From assembly GCA_047601445.1 (NCBI GenBank), contig JASGJH010000001.1, positions 1,952,001 to 2,016,000 on the forward strand: 64,000 nucleotides of DNA, written 5' to 3'. Below, in pieces: positions 53,231 to 63,983 of this stretch. The notes below the pieces were generated by a model. It was given only the letters and a program-made list of their open reading frames with translations. It was not told the origin of the DNA and did not search any database. Position numbers and translations under genes: made by a program. The stretch is from Myxococcales bacterium (GTDB lineage Bacteria; Myxococcota_A; Polyangia; Polyangiales; DASUME01). Numbering within the stretch: position 1 is the stretch's first letter; each line of letters opens with the position of its first letter.

Positions 53231-54742
53231 TCAGTCACGCCCGCGGCACTGCTCGAGGGCTGCGGCGAGGAACCGAGTCACATCGCTAGCCACGAGCCCG
53301 CGATCACCCTGCACGGCGAGTGTGCCCGCCCGTGCGTGCAGCTCGACGCCGGCCCAGGCTGCCTGAAACGGACGCAAGGAGACGGTCAGTGTGGCGATGA
53401 GCCCGGCCAACACATCGCCCGTTCCCGCCGTGCCGAGCGCAGGCGTGCCCGCCGTGCAGACGCGGAGGAGGCCACTCGGCGAGGCGATGACCGTGCGGGC
53501 CCCCTTGAGCACCACGACCTGGCCCGAAGCCTCGGCGAGGCGCTGGGCACTACCGCAGCGGTCGGCCTCGACCGCAGGCACGGTGCAGCCCAGCAGGCGG
53601 GCAGCTTCTCCCGGGTGGGGCGTCAAGACGCGTGGTCCCTTGGCGTACTGCAGCAGATCCACGTCGGTGCCCAGGGCCGTCAGCGCGTCGGCGTCGAGCA
53701 CGCAGGGTACGGGGAGCTGACGTGCGAGCTCGATGGCCAGCGTGCGTTTGTCGGGGGTCAGACCGAAGCCGGGCCCGAGCAGCGCGACGTCGCGCGCTTC
53801 CGCCAGACGCAAGGCATCTGCCAGGGCGTCGTCGTCGGAGAGAGCCTCGGTCATCACCTCCAGCACCTTGTGCTCCAGGACGCGCTGGGTCTCCGCGTCG
53901 CTGGCGATGGTGACGAGTCCCGCGCCCGCGCGCAGCGCCGAGATGGCCGACAGCAAGGCAGCGCCCGTCTTGCCCCGTGACCCCGCCAGGATCAGCACCC
54001 GTCCGTTGGTGCCTTTATGGGCGTCGAGAGGTCGCGGCGTCACCGCACGTGCCACGTCCTCGGGTTCGATGATCCCCCAGGGCTGATCGGGCGCCAGCGG
54101 CACGCCGATGGCCACGCACTCGGAGCGCCCGGCCAGTGCGGCGCCGGGAAACTGGTGCAGGCCTGGCTTGTGGGCGGCGAAGGTGGCCGTGAAGCTGGCG
54201 CGTACGGCTACGCCGCGCACCTGGCCGGTGTCGGCATCCACGCCGCTCGGCAGATCGAGCGCGAACACCGGTCGGCCCGCGTCATTGATGGCGGTGATCG
54301 CGTCGGCGTAGAAACCGGTGATATCGCGATCGAGCCCCGTGCCGAACAGTCCGTCGACCACCAGCGAAGCCTGCGCGAGCTGCACACGCAATGCGTCGAG
54401 GGACCCCTGACAAATCTCGGGCTCGAGGCCCAACGCACGCAGCGCCTGTAGATTGACGGCGGCGTCTCCCTGGACCTTCGCGGGATCGCCCACCAACACG
54501 CAGCGCGGCCGAATGCCTCGCAAGGCGAGCTGACGGGCCACCACCCAGGCATCCCCGCCGTTTTGTCCGACCCCGCCCACGATGAGCACGCGTTCGAGCG
54601 CGGCCCCGGAGAACTCCCGCATGAGCAGCTGCGCCGCGCCGAGGCCTGCGTTCTCCATCAGCACCACACCGGGCACCTTCAACCGCTCGATCGCGTCGCG
54701 GTCGAGCGCACGCACGGCATCGCGCCTCAGCAAGGGTTTCAC
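53231..54742 (-). CDS. nnr: Bifunctional NAD(P)HX epimerase/dehydratase
   Basis: LMENAG, NGGDA, DGLFGTG, DLPSG, HKG, LTPHPGEAARL, AGTGDVLAG. Confidence 0.95.
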   Translation of the reverse strand: MKPLLRRDAVRALDRDAIERLKVPGVVLMENAGLGAAQLLMREFSGAALERVLIVGGVGQNGGDAWVVARQLALRGIRPRCVLVGDPAKVQGDAAVNLQALRALGLEPEICQGSLDALRVQLAQASLVVDGLFGTGLDRDITGFYADAITAINDAGRPVFALDLPSGVDADTGQVRGVAVRASFTATFAAHKPGLHQFPGAALAGRSECVAIGVPLAPDQPWGIIEPEDVARAVTPRPLDAHKGTNGRVLILAGSRGKTGAALLSAISALRAGAGLVTIASDAETQRVLEHKVLEVMTEALSDDDALADALRLAEARDVALLGPGFGLTPDKRTLAIELARQLPVPCVLDADALTALGTDVDLLQYAKGPRVLTPHPGEAARLLGCTVPAVEADRCGSAQRLAEASGQVVVLKGARTVIASPSGLLRVCTAGTPALGTAGTGDVLAGLIATLTVSLRPFQAAWAGVELHARAGTLAVQGDRGLVASDVTRFLAAALEQCRGRD

Positions 54743-54748
54743 GGGACC

Positions 54749-56987
54749 TCAGGGCTTGTAGCGGCGCGCGAGCAGCTCGCCCAGCGCGTCGCGCAGACTG
54801 TCACGATTGTAGCCGTATCGCGCGTAGAGTCGCTCGCTGGCAGCCTTGGCCAACTCGGCGCGATCGTGGCTCAACCCATCCTGCGCTTCGTCCGCCAGCC
54901 GCCGCATGATGTCCTGGCCGATCTCCTGCAGATGCTTGCGACGGTCCGCGAAGTAGGCCTCCTTGAGGCGCTCCAGGTGACGTGGGAAGACCTTGCCGTA
55001 CTCCACCTTGTCGCCCGGATGATCGATGGCGTAGCCGGCGATGGCGTTGATGAGGCCGCGCCGGAACGTGTCGGTGTTGCTGCCCGCGCCGAGCGTCTTC
55101 TCCACGCTGGCCATCATCTCGCGATCGGGCTCCTCGTTGACGCCCGTCACACGGTTGAACACGCGCTCGCCCTTGATGTAGTGGGATACGTGGGTGATGT
55201 AGCGATCGAAGAGCTCCCCATAGCGAGCCTCCTCTACCAAGCCCGTCGAGTCGCGGAATTCGCGGTCCACCCGGTCGAGCCAGCGCTCGCGCACCTGCTC
55301 GATAAAGCCGGCGTGGTCGTGATAGCCCGCCGAGGGAGTCTCCCGCAGGAAGCCGTAGTCTCCGCCCCGGCACAGCGCGCGGATGCACGAGAGCACGGCG
55401 AGCGGTGAGAGGCAGCTGTACTCGGGGTGTTGTGAGGCATCGAGCAGCAGCGTGCGCATTTCGCGTGGCGAGGCACCCGTGAGTCCCTCGTAGACGGCGG
55501 CCTGCTCGGCTTCGGTGATGATCTCCTTGATGCCGTTCTTGAGGCGCAACGTCTCGTCGGCGCCCATGCGCTTGGGGGTGATGCCGTCCGCGTAGAGCTC
55601 GGCTTTCTCCATGGGCGTGAGGTCTGCGGCGAGCGAGCCGAGCTGCCGGTCGGCGTAGCGCTCCGGGTCCGCCCGGCGCAGGCGCGAGAGCACCGCCCAC
55701 AGGGCGCCGATGTACATCGCGTGCGGGGCCACGTGGACGCGAACCTGCGAGGCGATTCTGAGTCTCGTAGATGCGCTGTTCCTGGCGGTAGTCGCGCAAG
55801 TAGGGAACGCGCACGAGCTGGATGCGGCCGCGGAACGAGTGGTAGTCCGGGTGCTCCTTGAACGCATTGAGATGCAGCTCGTTGGAGCTCGCCATCATGA
55901 CCGCGTTGATGGGCAGGGTCGAAAACGTGAGCGACACCTCACCGGTCTCGATGGCCAACAGGAGGTACTTCCAGGCGTCGAGCGGACGCTTCAAGAGATC
56001 GCTGTACTCGAGCAAGCCTCCGGAGGCGTCGACCAGCTCGCCGTAGGGTTCGAACATGGTCAGTGAGCTGAGCGAGGCGGGGAGCGCGTTGAGTGAGGTG
56101 TCGGCCGTGAGCTGACGTTCACTGGCGTCGACGGCCATCTGCGGGCCGATGGTGACGGCGCCGGTGCGATAGCGGCGCGAGATGGTGTAACGCTCCACCT
56201 GCACGTGGGCGAGGACGCGCGCCAGATCTCCGCGGTAGGCCGTGAGCAGCGCCTCGAAGATTTGGCGATTCTTTTGGCCGAGCTGGCCGCGCAAGATGCC
56301 GAACGGTGGCGCCTCTCCGAGGTCGCGGGCGCGGAACGCCTGGTCGACCAGGGCAGTGCGCTCGTTGAGCGGCACGAGCAAGAGCGGGTGCTCCCGCAGC
56401 GGGCTGCGCAACTTCACGTCGACCCGCCCCTCGGGGAGGTGCGCATAGGTCTCGCCGGGCCGCGGTCCGTCGTCGCGTGAACCGAAGCCGATGGTCTTGC
56501 CATCGGTGCCGCGCGGGAAGATCCAGGAGAAGCGGTAGAGCGAGCCCTCGGGTTGCTTCGAATAGTGCTCCAGGGCGCGCATGATGCAGGCGGCGAAGGT
56601 GCTCTTCGCGCTGCCGTTGGGCCCGTGCAAGAGCAAGAGACGGTTGGCGCGGCCCTCGCGCACGAAGTTCGAGAGCGCACGGAAGAACGCGAGCTGGATG
56701 GACTCGTGACCCACCAAGAAGTCGCTCGGGCTCAGTCCTTCCTCGCGCTCGAACTCGAGGTCGAACAACTTGAAACGGGTGAGCTGTCCCCAGGGACGGT
56801 GCACCTCGTAGGTGCCGTAGTACTCGAAGCAATCATGCAGGTAGCGCGCGGCGTCGCGCGAGTGCCGATAGGGATGTTGCGCGAACTCATCCAGGTACTC
56901 GCTGAACGACAGCACGCGCTTCTCGGCGTCGAATCGCTCCCGAACCCGTGCTCCGATGCGTTCGAGCTCATGCTTCAGGTCAGCCAT
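54749..56987 (-). CDS. PrkA-family serine kinase / AAA protein; one extra base at ~55756
   Basis: LLLHGPNGSAKST, GLLEYSDLLKRP, VRVPYL in the first frame; IASQVRVHVAPH, EGLTGASPRE, YGY in the second frame. Confidence 0.88.
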
Positions 56988-57040
56988 GCCTTGAGCTTAC
57001 ACCTCCAAGGCGAGACGGGCGTGACCTTGTTTGGAAGGCG

Positions 57041-57547
57041 CTACTGAACCTTGAGCGCCACGGCGACCGTGCGCTGATCCGGCACGCAGGTTTCCTTGGT
57101 GCAGACCGCGAAATCCACCGTAGCGAGCAGCTCGTGCGTGCCGGGCTCGGCCGAGAAGCCGAGATCGAAGCGGGCGCGCTCCTGGCCGATTTGGGCGGCG
57201 TCGGCCTTGCCGAGAGAGCCCTTGGTGAGCTTCACCGCCGACGGTGCCTTGAGATCCACCCGCAAGGGATAGTCCTCGTTCACGTGGTAGCCGCCGCGCG
57301 CTTCCAGCACGAGCTGCACACTGCCGGCTTGGCCGGCGGTGTAGGTGGGCTGGCTCTCGAGGGCCAGGTGAAAGCTGGTGTCGTCGATGCTCGGCTTGGG
57401 AGGCTCCGCCTTCTTCTCGGCAGGCGCAGCCGCAGCCGGCGGGCTCACTTCCGGAGCGGCGGCCGCGGGGGGCTGGGATTCCTGTCCAGAGCAGGCCGAA
57501 AGGCCGGCGAGACACAGGGCGGAGACGGCGATTCTCAGGGTGCTCAT
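57041..57547 (-). CDS. Lipoprotein with DsbD-N-like domain
   Basis: LSAC lipobox; GYHVNEDYP, FAVCTKETC. Confidence 0.75.
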   Translation of the reverse strand: MSTLRIAVSALCLAGLSACSGQESQPPAAAAPEVSPPAAAAPAEKKAEPPKPSIDDTSFHLALESQPTYTAGQAGSVQLVLEARGGYHVNEDYPLRVDLKAPSAVKLTKGSLGKADAAQIGQERARFDLGFSAEPGTHELLATVDFAVCTKETCVPDQRTVAVALKVQ

Positions 57548-57585
57548 GCGGGCAGTCTAGTCCACACACCCAGGTGCGCCTCGTA

Positions 57586-58230
57586 CTAGTTGTTGTGCAC
57601 GATCACGCGCTCTTCGGGTTCCCCCCCGGAGGAGCTACGCGGGCGCACGCGCGTGACGGCGCCTTCGGTCTCCGTGAGGACTTCTTCGCTGGCCGGGGAG
57701 AGGTGAAAGAATGCCTTGGGTTCCCCGTGTTCGTCTGGAGCCCACTTCACGAAGGCCACGTATTTGTGCTCGGACAGGCGCTGGATCGCTTGATCCACGC
57801 TGGCGAACCCGGCGGCGCTCGCGTCGGTCGCTAGCTCAAGCTCGTCGGAAGGTCCCTTGCCCGAGATGACCCGGTCGACGTGGGCCGCGATGCGATGCGT
57901 GACGCGCTGGTCGGGTGCGGTGTCCGTGCGCAGCGTGCGCACCGAAATCAGTGCCACCAAGTCCGAGTCGCGCACGCGCTGATCGAGCTCGGTGCTCCAG
58001 TCGTCGCGCCAGCGTCCTTCGAGGCCTTCGGGCTTGGCGATGAAGTCCACGCCGCGCTCGAACAGGTGCGCGTCGGCCGAGGACAGCGGCGCGGCCTGGG
58101 TGGTAGGCGAGGAGCTCGTTTTGTGGCACGCGCTCGCGCCCATCGCGGCGATGCTCAGCAGCAGCGTCGCCGCACGGGCCCCTGCGTGAGATCGGTGGGA
58201 CAGGTGGGGCGTTGGCAATTTCCGTTGCAT
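57586..58230 (-). CDS. Hypothetical lipoprotein
   Basis: ASAC lipobox after a hydrophobic stretch; fills the gap. Confidence 0.65.
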   Translation of the reverse strand: MQRKLPTPHLSHRSHAGARAATLLLSIAAMGASACHKTSSSPTTQAAPLSSADAHLFERGVDFIAKPEGLEGRWRDDWSTELDQRVRDSDLVALISVRTLRTDTAPDQRVTHRIAAHVDRVISGKGPSDELELATDASAAGFASVDQAIQRLSEHKYVAFVKWAPDEHGEPKAFFHLSPASEEVLTETEGAVTRVRPRSSSGGEPEERVIVHNN

Positions 58231-58285
58231 CGAAGTCCACTGTACGTGGCGATTACAAACAGTTCAACGGTGCCCCAGCGTGCGG

Positions 58286-59314
58286 TCACGGTGCGGGAGG
58301 CGGCGCGGCGTCATCGTGCGCGCGGGATGCCCCCTGCCCGAGCTTGTTCCAAAGCGCCACAAGGTCAGGACTGAGCGGAGCCTCGAGCTGCATCGGCGCG
58401 CCGCTCAAAGGATGTTGAAATGAGAGCTTGTGCGCATGAAGCGCATGTCGCTCGTGTCCCAAACGTGCGATCAGCTCCGGCGTCAACCCGGTCTCGATCA
58501 CCTCGAGGAAGGGAGCCTCACGCTCGGGACCATAGAGCTTGTCTCCCACGATGGGGTGCCCGATGGCGGAGAGATGGACGCGCAGTTGATGTTGCCTCCC
58601 CGTGTGCGGGAAGAGCTCAACCAAGCTGTGGCCAGGCACGCGGGCGCGTACGCGATACTCCGTGACCGCGGCGAGCCCCCCGCGGCGGACCTCCATCAGG
58701 ATGTGAAGCCCCTGGCTGGCGCGCTCCATGGCGAGGTCGATGGTGCCCTGATCGCCCTTCATTTCGCCGCTGACGATGGCCAGATACGTCTTCTGCATAC
58801 GGCGATTTTCGAAGGCGTACTTGAGCATGCGCTCGTGCTCGAGCGTCTTGGCGCACAGCAACAGCCCGCTGGTCTCGCGATCGAGGCGGTGCGCGATGCG
58901 CGGCGCCTGCTCGGCCCCATAGGTCTCGCGCAGGATGAAGGAGACCGTGTTGCGGTGGTAGCTGGCAGAGGGATGCACGGGCAGGCCCGGCGGCTTGTTG
59001 ATCGCGAGCATCGCTTCGTCCTGGTAGACGATGGGCAAGTCGCGGGGTGCGCTGGGCTCCTCGAAGGGGGGACGTACCAGGTAGACCGTTTCCCCCGTGC
59101 GCACGAGGTCGCTGGCACGCTTGCGCTGGCCGGCTTCACTGTAGGCGCAGGCCTTCACGATCTTCTGCGCCCGCGTGCGCGACAGGCGGGGGATTCGGGT
59201 CTGAATGAACAGATCGAGGCGCATGCCGGCAAATTCCGGGGCGACCGGGAATTGCAGGATGATGGAGTTCTCGGCGCAGCCTGGTGGCAGCTTGAACAGT
59301 CCAGCGGATGCCAT
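58286..59314 (-). CDS. RluA/RluD-family pseudouridine synthase
   Basis: S4-like RLDLFI, NKPPGLPVHP, HRLDRETSG, TGRQHQLRVH, GDKLYG, LHA. Confidence 0.95.
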   Translation of the reverse strand: MASAGLFKLPPGCAENSIILQFPVAPEFAGMRLDLFIQTRIPRLSRTRAQKIVKACAYSEAGQRKRASDLVRTGETVYLVRPPFEEPSAPRDLPIVYQDEAMLAINKPPGLPVHPSASYHRNTVSFILRETYGAEQAPRIAHRLDRETSGLLLCAKTLEHERMLKYAFENRRMQKTYLAIVSGEMKGDQGTIDLAMERASQGLHILMEVRRGGLAAVTEYRVRARVPGHSLVELFPHTGRQHQLRVHLSAIGHPIVGDKLYGPEREAPFLEVIETGLTPELIARLGHERHALHAHKLSFQHPLSGAPMQLEAPLSPDLVALWNKLGQGASRAHDDAAPPPAP

Positions 59315-59368
59315 AAATGAGGCCGAGTGGGGCCCTAGCATTCGTGGGGTACCCTCGCAAAGTCGACC

Positions 59369-61900
59369 ATGAGCTCTCCCTCTTCCCCCTCCGGACCGCC
59401 TGCTCTCCCAAACGGGACGGCTTCGGGCCGACGGGAGCGTTGGCGCTGGGCGGTGGTGGTGGGCGTACTCGGGGTGCTGGGACTGGTGCTCTGGGGGCTC
59501 TTTGGCGGTGCGAAAGCCCCCCCGGCGGAACACGCGACGACCGGAACCCTCCCAACGAGCACGGCAGCCCTCGACGCGGCCGTCCCGGAACCTCCCCGGC
59601 GAGAGCTATCAGGGGATCGCAGCTTGGCCGGATTCGTGCGCGATGATCGCGGCCAGCCGCTGGCGGAAGCGCTCGTGCGCGTCAGCTCCGTGGACGACCC
59701 GGATACCTTGCCCAAGGAGTCGCGCAGCGATGCACAGGGCGCGTTCCGGATCGAGGGGCTGCCGGCCGAGCCCCTGACGATCGAGGCGAGCGCCATCGGT
59801 CACGACACCGTGGAACACGTGGTGCGACCGGAGGATCAGGGCCCGCTGGCGCTCGTGTTGCCGCGTCAGGGTGAGCTCCTGGTGGTGCTGCGGGACAGCC
59901 CAGGGAGGCCGGTGAGCGGGAGCGAGGTGATGGTGACGGGCACGGGGCTGTGGCCGGCCGCCACCTGCACCGCCGACGAGCAAGGCCAGTGTCTGTTCGA
60001 GTCACTGCCAGGCGGGCAGTACCAGGCGCGCGCGCGGCGCGAAGACCGGGTGGGCTTGCCCTCGGCGACGCTCGAGGTGACGCCGGGCCAGCGTGCACGC
60101 CTCGAGCTCACGCTGCAGGAGGGCAGCCGCGTGGAGGGCGTGCTCACTGACAAGGAAGCAGGCCGCGTCATCGCGGGAGCCCGCGTCAGCGTCCAGGACC
60201 TCACGCCGGGGCTCGCGCCCATCGGCGTGATTACCGGGCCCGACGGGGTCTTCGCGGTCGTGGGGCTCTGGCCGGGCAACGTTCGCGTGGAAGCGAGCGC
60301 CGAGGGGTTCGCCCCGGAGAGCGTGGAGCTTCGGCTACCCAGCAAAGACAAGCTCGCCCTCGCGCTCCATGGATTGGCGAGCCTCTCCGGCAGCGTGGTC
60401 GACGAGAGCGGGCGCGGCGTCGCAGGCGTGCTCTTGAGCGTATCGAGTCGCGAAGGCTTGCCGGTCGCTGCGGGCTTGCCGCTGAAGGTCTCGGACGTGC
60501 GGGCCTCGGCGTTGGCCATTGCAGGTGATTTGCCCGGTGAGCTGGGAGTGACCCAGGGACCCGTACCGCGCATCCCGTTGGTGGCGGAACACACCTTCGC
60601 GCTCGGGACCTTGGCCGCAGAGAGCGCCGCGGACGGCGCGTTTCGCATCGAGGGGCTCAAGCCCGGTAGCATCGTGCTGCGCGCGAGCCGGCCAGGCTAT
60701 GCACCGGTGACGTTGACGCCCGAACCGCTCGCGCCTCACGCTGAACGCAGAGACGTGCGCATCGTGCTGCGCGAAGCGGGCCGCGTGGAAGGACGCGTCT
60801 ACGACGCACGCGAGCGTGGCGTAGGTGGCGTGTACGTGGCTGCGTTTCAGGGCGACCAGGCAGAGCAGACGGGACTGACGGACGAGCGGGGCGAGTTCGT
60901 GCTGCGCGATCTGTTGGGACCCGTGACGGTGCGCGTGCAACCCGAAGGACGCGATCCGCTGGTGTGCGAAGTCAACGTTCCAGCGCGGGGCGTGGCACGC
61001 TGCAATGTCTCGATCGCGAGCGAGCTATTCCGCCTGCCCGTGCGCGTGGTCGATGACTACGGTTTCGGCCTCGATGGGGCCGTGGTGAGCCTCAAATCCG
61101 CCGAATCGAAGCGCGCCTTCACGCAGGTAAGCCAGCGCGACGGCCGCGTGCAGTTGCGCGAGCTCCCCGCCCCCCCCTACCTGCTAGGCGTGGAGCTCAC
61201 CGGCTACCTGCCTTTGGTCGACGAGCCCGTCGATCGTGCGGAGCAAGAAGTGCGCGTCACGCTGCGCAAGTCCGCCAAGCTCGCCGGCACCGTGGTCGAT
61301 GCCATCGGCCATCCCGTGCCGGGTGCCTTCGTCAGCACCGACGATGGCGACGCGACCACCGAGACCGACGAGCATGGTGCCTTCGCCCTGACGCAGGTCG
61401 CACCCGGCGCGTTGACCGTGTGGGCGGCGCATCCGGAGGTGGGCGAAGGACGCAGCGCGGAGGTGCGAGCGCGAGCCGGTGAAACGTTGGCCAGCCTGCG
61501 CGTCGTGCTGCCCAAGCACTACAGCGGCGAGACGCGCAAGGAGACCGAGACGCATAAGGAGACCGAGACGCCTCGGACCCAGCCACGCGAGCGCGAAACC
61601 AGCAGCGAAGCCCCCGAGGAAACCAGGGCCACGCCGACCCGTGCCCCCGAAAAACCCGCGGACTTCACCATGGAACAGCGCCCCAATGCCGTGGTCGTGG
61701 CGGCGGTGGCGCCGAACGGCGCAGCAGCGCGGGCGGGCATGCGGGTGGGCGACGTGCTGGCCGCCATCGACGGCGAAGACGTGCTCTCGGTGGCGCACGC
61801 GCGCGGCATGCTGCGCGACCCGCCGAACACCAATGCCCGCGTGCGTCTGCTGCGCAGCCGCCAACCGATCAACGTGCGCTACCGACGTCCGGGGCTGTGA
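59369..61900 (+). CDS. Membrane-anchored protein with carboxypeptidase-regulatory-like repeats and C-terminal PDZ
   Basis: N-terminal TM; repeated G.V.D..G.P...A.V units; AARAGMRVGDVLAAIDG. Confidence 0.85.
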   Translation: MSSPSSPSGPPALPNGTASGRRERWRWAVVVGVLGVLGLVLWGLFGGAKAPPAEHATTGTLPTSTAALDAAVPEPPRRELSGDRSLAGFVRDDRGQPLAEALVRVSSVDDPDTLPKESRSDAQGAFRIEGLPAEPLTIEASAIGHDTVEHVVRPEDQGPLALVLPRQGELLVVLRDSPGRPVSGSEVMVTGTGLWPAATCTADEQGQCLFESLPGGQYQARARREDRVGLPSATLEVTPGQRARLELTLQEGSRVEGVLTDKEAGRVIAGARVSVQDLTPGLAPIGVITGPDGVFAVVGLWPGNVRVEASAEGFAPESVELRLPSKDKLALALHGLASLSGSVVDESGRGVAGVLLSVSSREGLPVAAGLPLKVSDVRASALAIAGDLPGELGVTQGPVPRIPLVAEHTFALGTLAAESAADGAFRIEGLKPGSIVLRASRPGYAPVTLTPEPLAPHAERRDVRIVLREAGRVEGRVYDARERGVGGVYVAAFQGDQAEQTGLTDERGEFVLRDLLGPVTVRVQPEGRDPLVCEVNVPARGVARCNVSIASELFRLPVRVVDDYGFGLDGAVVSLKSAESKRAFTQVSQRDGRVQLRELPAPPYLLGVELTGYLPLVDEPVDRAEQEVRVTLRKSAKLAGTVVDAIGHPVPGAFVSTDDGDATTETDEHGAFALTQVAPGALTVWAAHPEVGEGRSAEVRARAGETLASLRVVLPKHYSGETRKETETHKETETPRTQPRERETSSEAPEETRATPTRAPEKPADFTMEQRPNAVVVAAVAPNGAAARAGMRVGDVLAAIDGEDVLSVAHARGMLRDPPNTNARVRLLRSRQPINVRYRRPGL

Positions 61901-61918
61901 GCCCGGCGGCGGGGCCCA

Positions 61919-62770
61919 TCAGGAGGCGAGCCAGGTGTCGCCGCGCCTGACCGCACACCCTTCCCGCTCGAGCTTGATCAGGTGAGCCTCGGCAGAGAGC
62001 CGCGCCAGGGGCCAAGCGAACTTGGACGTGTCGGCGTAGGCGACTGGCAAGAGCTCCTCGACGTGGGCCTCCTTGCCGAACTCACGCAGCGCCTCGAGCA
62101 CCTTGGCTTCGCGCGCGAGGCGGTGCTTGATGTAGAAGCTCAAGCGCTCTTGCGGGTCGAGGATGGGCAGACCATGGGCGGGCAAGAGCTGGCTCGGCGC
62201 GAGGCGCTGCATGGCCGCGAGCGAGTCCAGGTAGAGCTGCATGTCGCCGTCGCGAACGTCCACCAGGATGGTGCCGACCGAGGCCACCATGTCCCCCGCG
62301 ATCAAGGCGCCCGATTGTTTGGCCAGGAAGCATAAATGACCTGGCGCATGTCCCGGCGTGTGGATGACCTCGAGCGACAGCGCGGTGGGCCCGTCGAGCT
62401 CGATGTGTTCGCCTCCCTCGAGCACGCGCGCGATGGGCACCGCGGCTCCGAGGCGCTGCTGCGTGCCGGCGTGAGCCCATAGCGGCACACCAAGGCGCTG
62501 TGCCATGGCGACCGCGCCGCCCACATGGTCAGGATGATGATGGGTAAGCAAAATGGCCCGCAGCCGCAGACCGCTCTGCACGCGCTCCTCGACCCAGCCG
62601 CTCAAACGCGCGATCTCGTCGGGGAACGGGGAGGCGGGCTCCACCAACACGCACTCGCGCGTGCCAACCAAGTAGGAATTCGTGTGGGTCGCCGGCGGTA
62701 GCGTGGGCGTGCGAACCGAGAGCATGGAGATGCCCTCGGCCACCTGCATCGGCACCACGGCTTCGTTCAT
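61919..62770 (-). CDS. MBL-fold metallo-hydrolase (LACTB2-like)
   Basis: THHHPDHVGG, TPGHAPGH, AGDM, PAHG, C-terminal winged helix AHLIKL. Confidence 0.92.
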   Translation of the reverse strand: MNEAVVPMQVAEGISMLSVRTPTLPPATHTNSYLVGTRECVLVEPASPFPDEIARLSGWVEERVQSGLRLRAILLTHHHPDHVGGAVAMAQRLGVPLWAHAGTQQRLGAAVPIARVLEGGEHIELDGPTALSLEVIHTPGHAPGHLCFLAKQSGALIAGDMVASVGTILVDVRDGDMQLYLDSLAAMQRLAPSQLLPAHGLPILDPQERLSFYIKHRLAREAKVLEALREFGKEAHVEELLPVAYADTSKFAWPLARLSAEAHLIKLEREGCAVRRGDTWLAS

Positions 62771-62777
62771 GGGGAGG

Positions 62778-63539
62778 TCAGGGCGCGGTTCCGAAGCTGG
62801 GGACGCGCGGCGCCTTCGGCACTTCGATGCCCATGCGGTTCGCGTAGTCCCGCACCGCGTCGTTGCCGGCAGCGCCCATGGCCGCCACCGGGAACATGCT
62901 CGAATGCAAGGGCGCGGGCAGCATGGAAGCGAGGCGGCCCTCGGGCTTGTCGCTGGGGTCTCCCACCAGGCTCATGCACGACTTCACGATGGCTTTGAAG
63001 GTTTCGAACACGCCTTCGCCCTTGAGCGCGCACGCCTGATGCTCTGGCACCCCGTCGGGCACCGCGAGTGCTTCCTGCAGCTCGTGGATCGGCATGGAGC
63101 TCGGCAGGTCGCGCTTGTTGTACTGGACGACCAACGGCATGCGACTCGGGTCATCCCCCTGCAGCAGCAGGTTCGCCTCCAGGTTGCGGATGCTGGCGAT
63201 GTTGTCGTCGAGGCGCTCGCGCTGGCTGTCCACCACGAACACGATGCCGTCCACGTTGCGAAGGACGAGGCGACGGGTGCGGTCGAGGGCAATCTGCCCA
63301 GGGACCGTGCACAGGTGGAGGCGGACCGTGTAGCCGCGGAACTGTCCCAGGTCGATGGGGAGCAGGTCGAAGAAGAGCGTGCGCTCGCTCTCGGCGTTCA
63401 GCGACACCAACTTGCCACGGTGGGCGGGATTGCTCCGCTTGTGGATCTGCTCGAGGTTCGTGGTCTTACCGCCGAGCCCGGGCCCGTAGTAGACCACCTT
63501 GAACTGAATCTCTCGAGTGGCGTGGTGAATGCGAGGCAT
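62778..63539 (-). CDS. MglA-family small GTPase with C-terminal extension
   Basis: KVVYYGPGLGGKTTNL, ERTLFFD, TVPGQ, VFVVDSQ, QYNKRDL, GEGVFET. Confidence 0.9.
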   Translation of the reverse strand: MPRIHHATREIQFKVVYYGPGLGGKTTNLEQIHKRSNPAHRGKLVSLNAESERTLFFDLLPIDLGQFRGYTVRLHLCTVPGQIALDRTRRLVLRNVDGIVFVVDSQRERLDDNIASIRNLEANLLLQGDDPSRMPLVVQYNKRDLPSSMPIHELQEALAVPDGVPEHQACALKGEGVFETFKAIVKSCMSLVGDPSDKPEGRLASMLPAPLHSSMFPVAAMGAAGNDAVRDYANRMGIEVPKAPRVPSFGTAP

Positions 63540-63599
63540 ACCCTGCTCCGGACGACGGGGGTAGATGCTCGCGGAAGCTAGCACGGGCGGGTGGACACG

Positions 63600-63983
63600 G
63601 TGAAAAAATACGCGTCGTGTGTTCAGGGTCATCAAGCGTCAAGGTATGGCAGGCCACCTCAGCGGCTCACCTATCTGCAGCTTGTCTTACTAGTTGGGGC
63701 CTGCGGTCGATCGCCAGGGCTCGAACCGAGCGAGGGCTTTCGGCGCATCCAGTCCCACGAGGCTGCGCTGGCCGAAGACGCGGCACGCCTGGAAGCCAGC
63801 TCGGATTGCCAAGCATCGGGACAGCTCGTGCAAGCCCTCTGCGGAGAAAGCGAGGCCCTCTGTCAGACGGCAGACGAGCTCGCTGACCCCGACGCGCGGT
63901 CACGCTGCGGACGGGCGCGCGACGCCTGCACGGGTGCGCGCGAGCGCATGCACGGCGGTTGCGCTACGCCCGCGACACCATGA
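63600..63983 (+). CDS. Small Cys-rich putative lipoprotein (start uncertain)
   Basis: LVLLVGAC lipobox-like; six further Cys in a helical domain. Confidence 0.5.
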   Translation: MKKYASCVQGHQASRYGRPPQRLTYLQLVLLVGACGRSPGLEPSEGFRRIQSHEAALAEDAARLEASSDCQASGQLVQALCGESEALCQTADELADPDARSRCGRARDACTGARERMHGGCATPATP

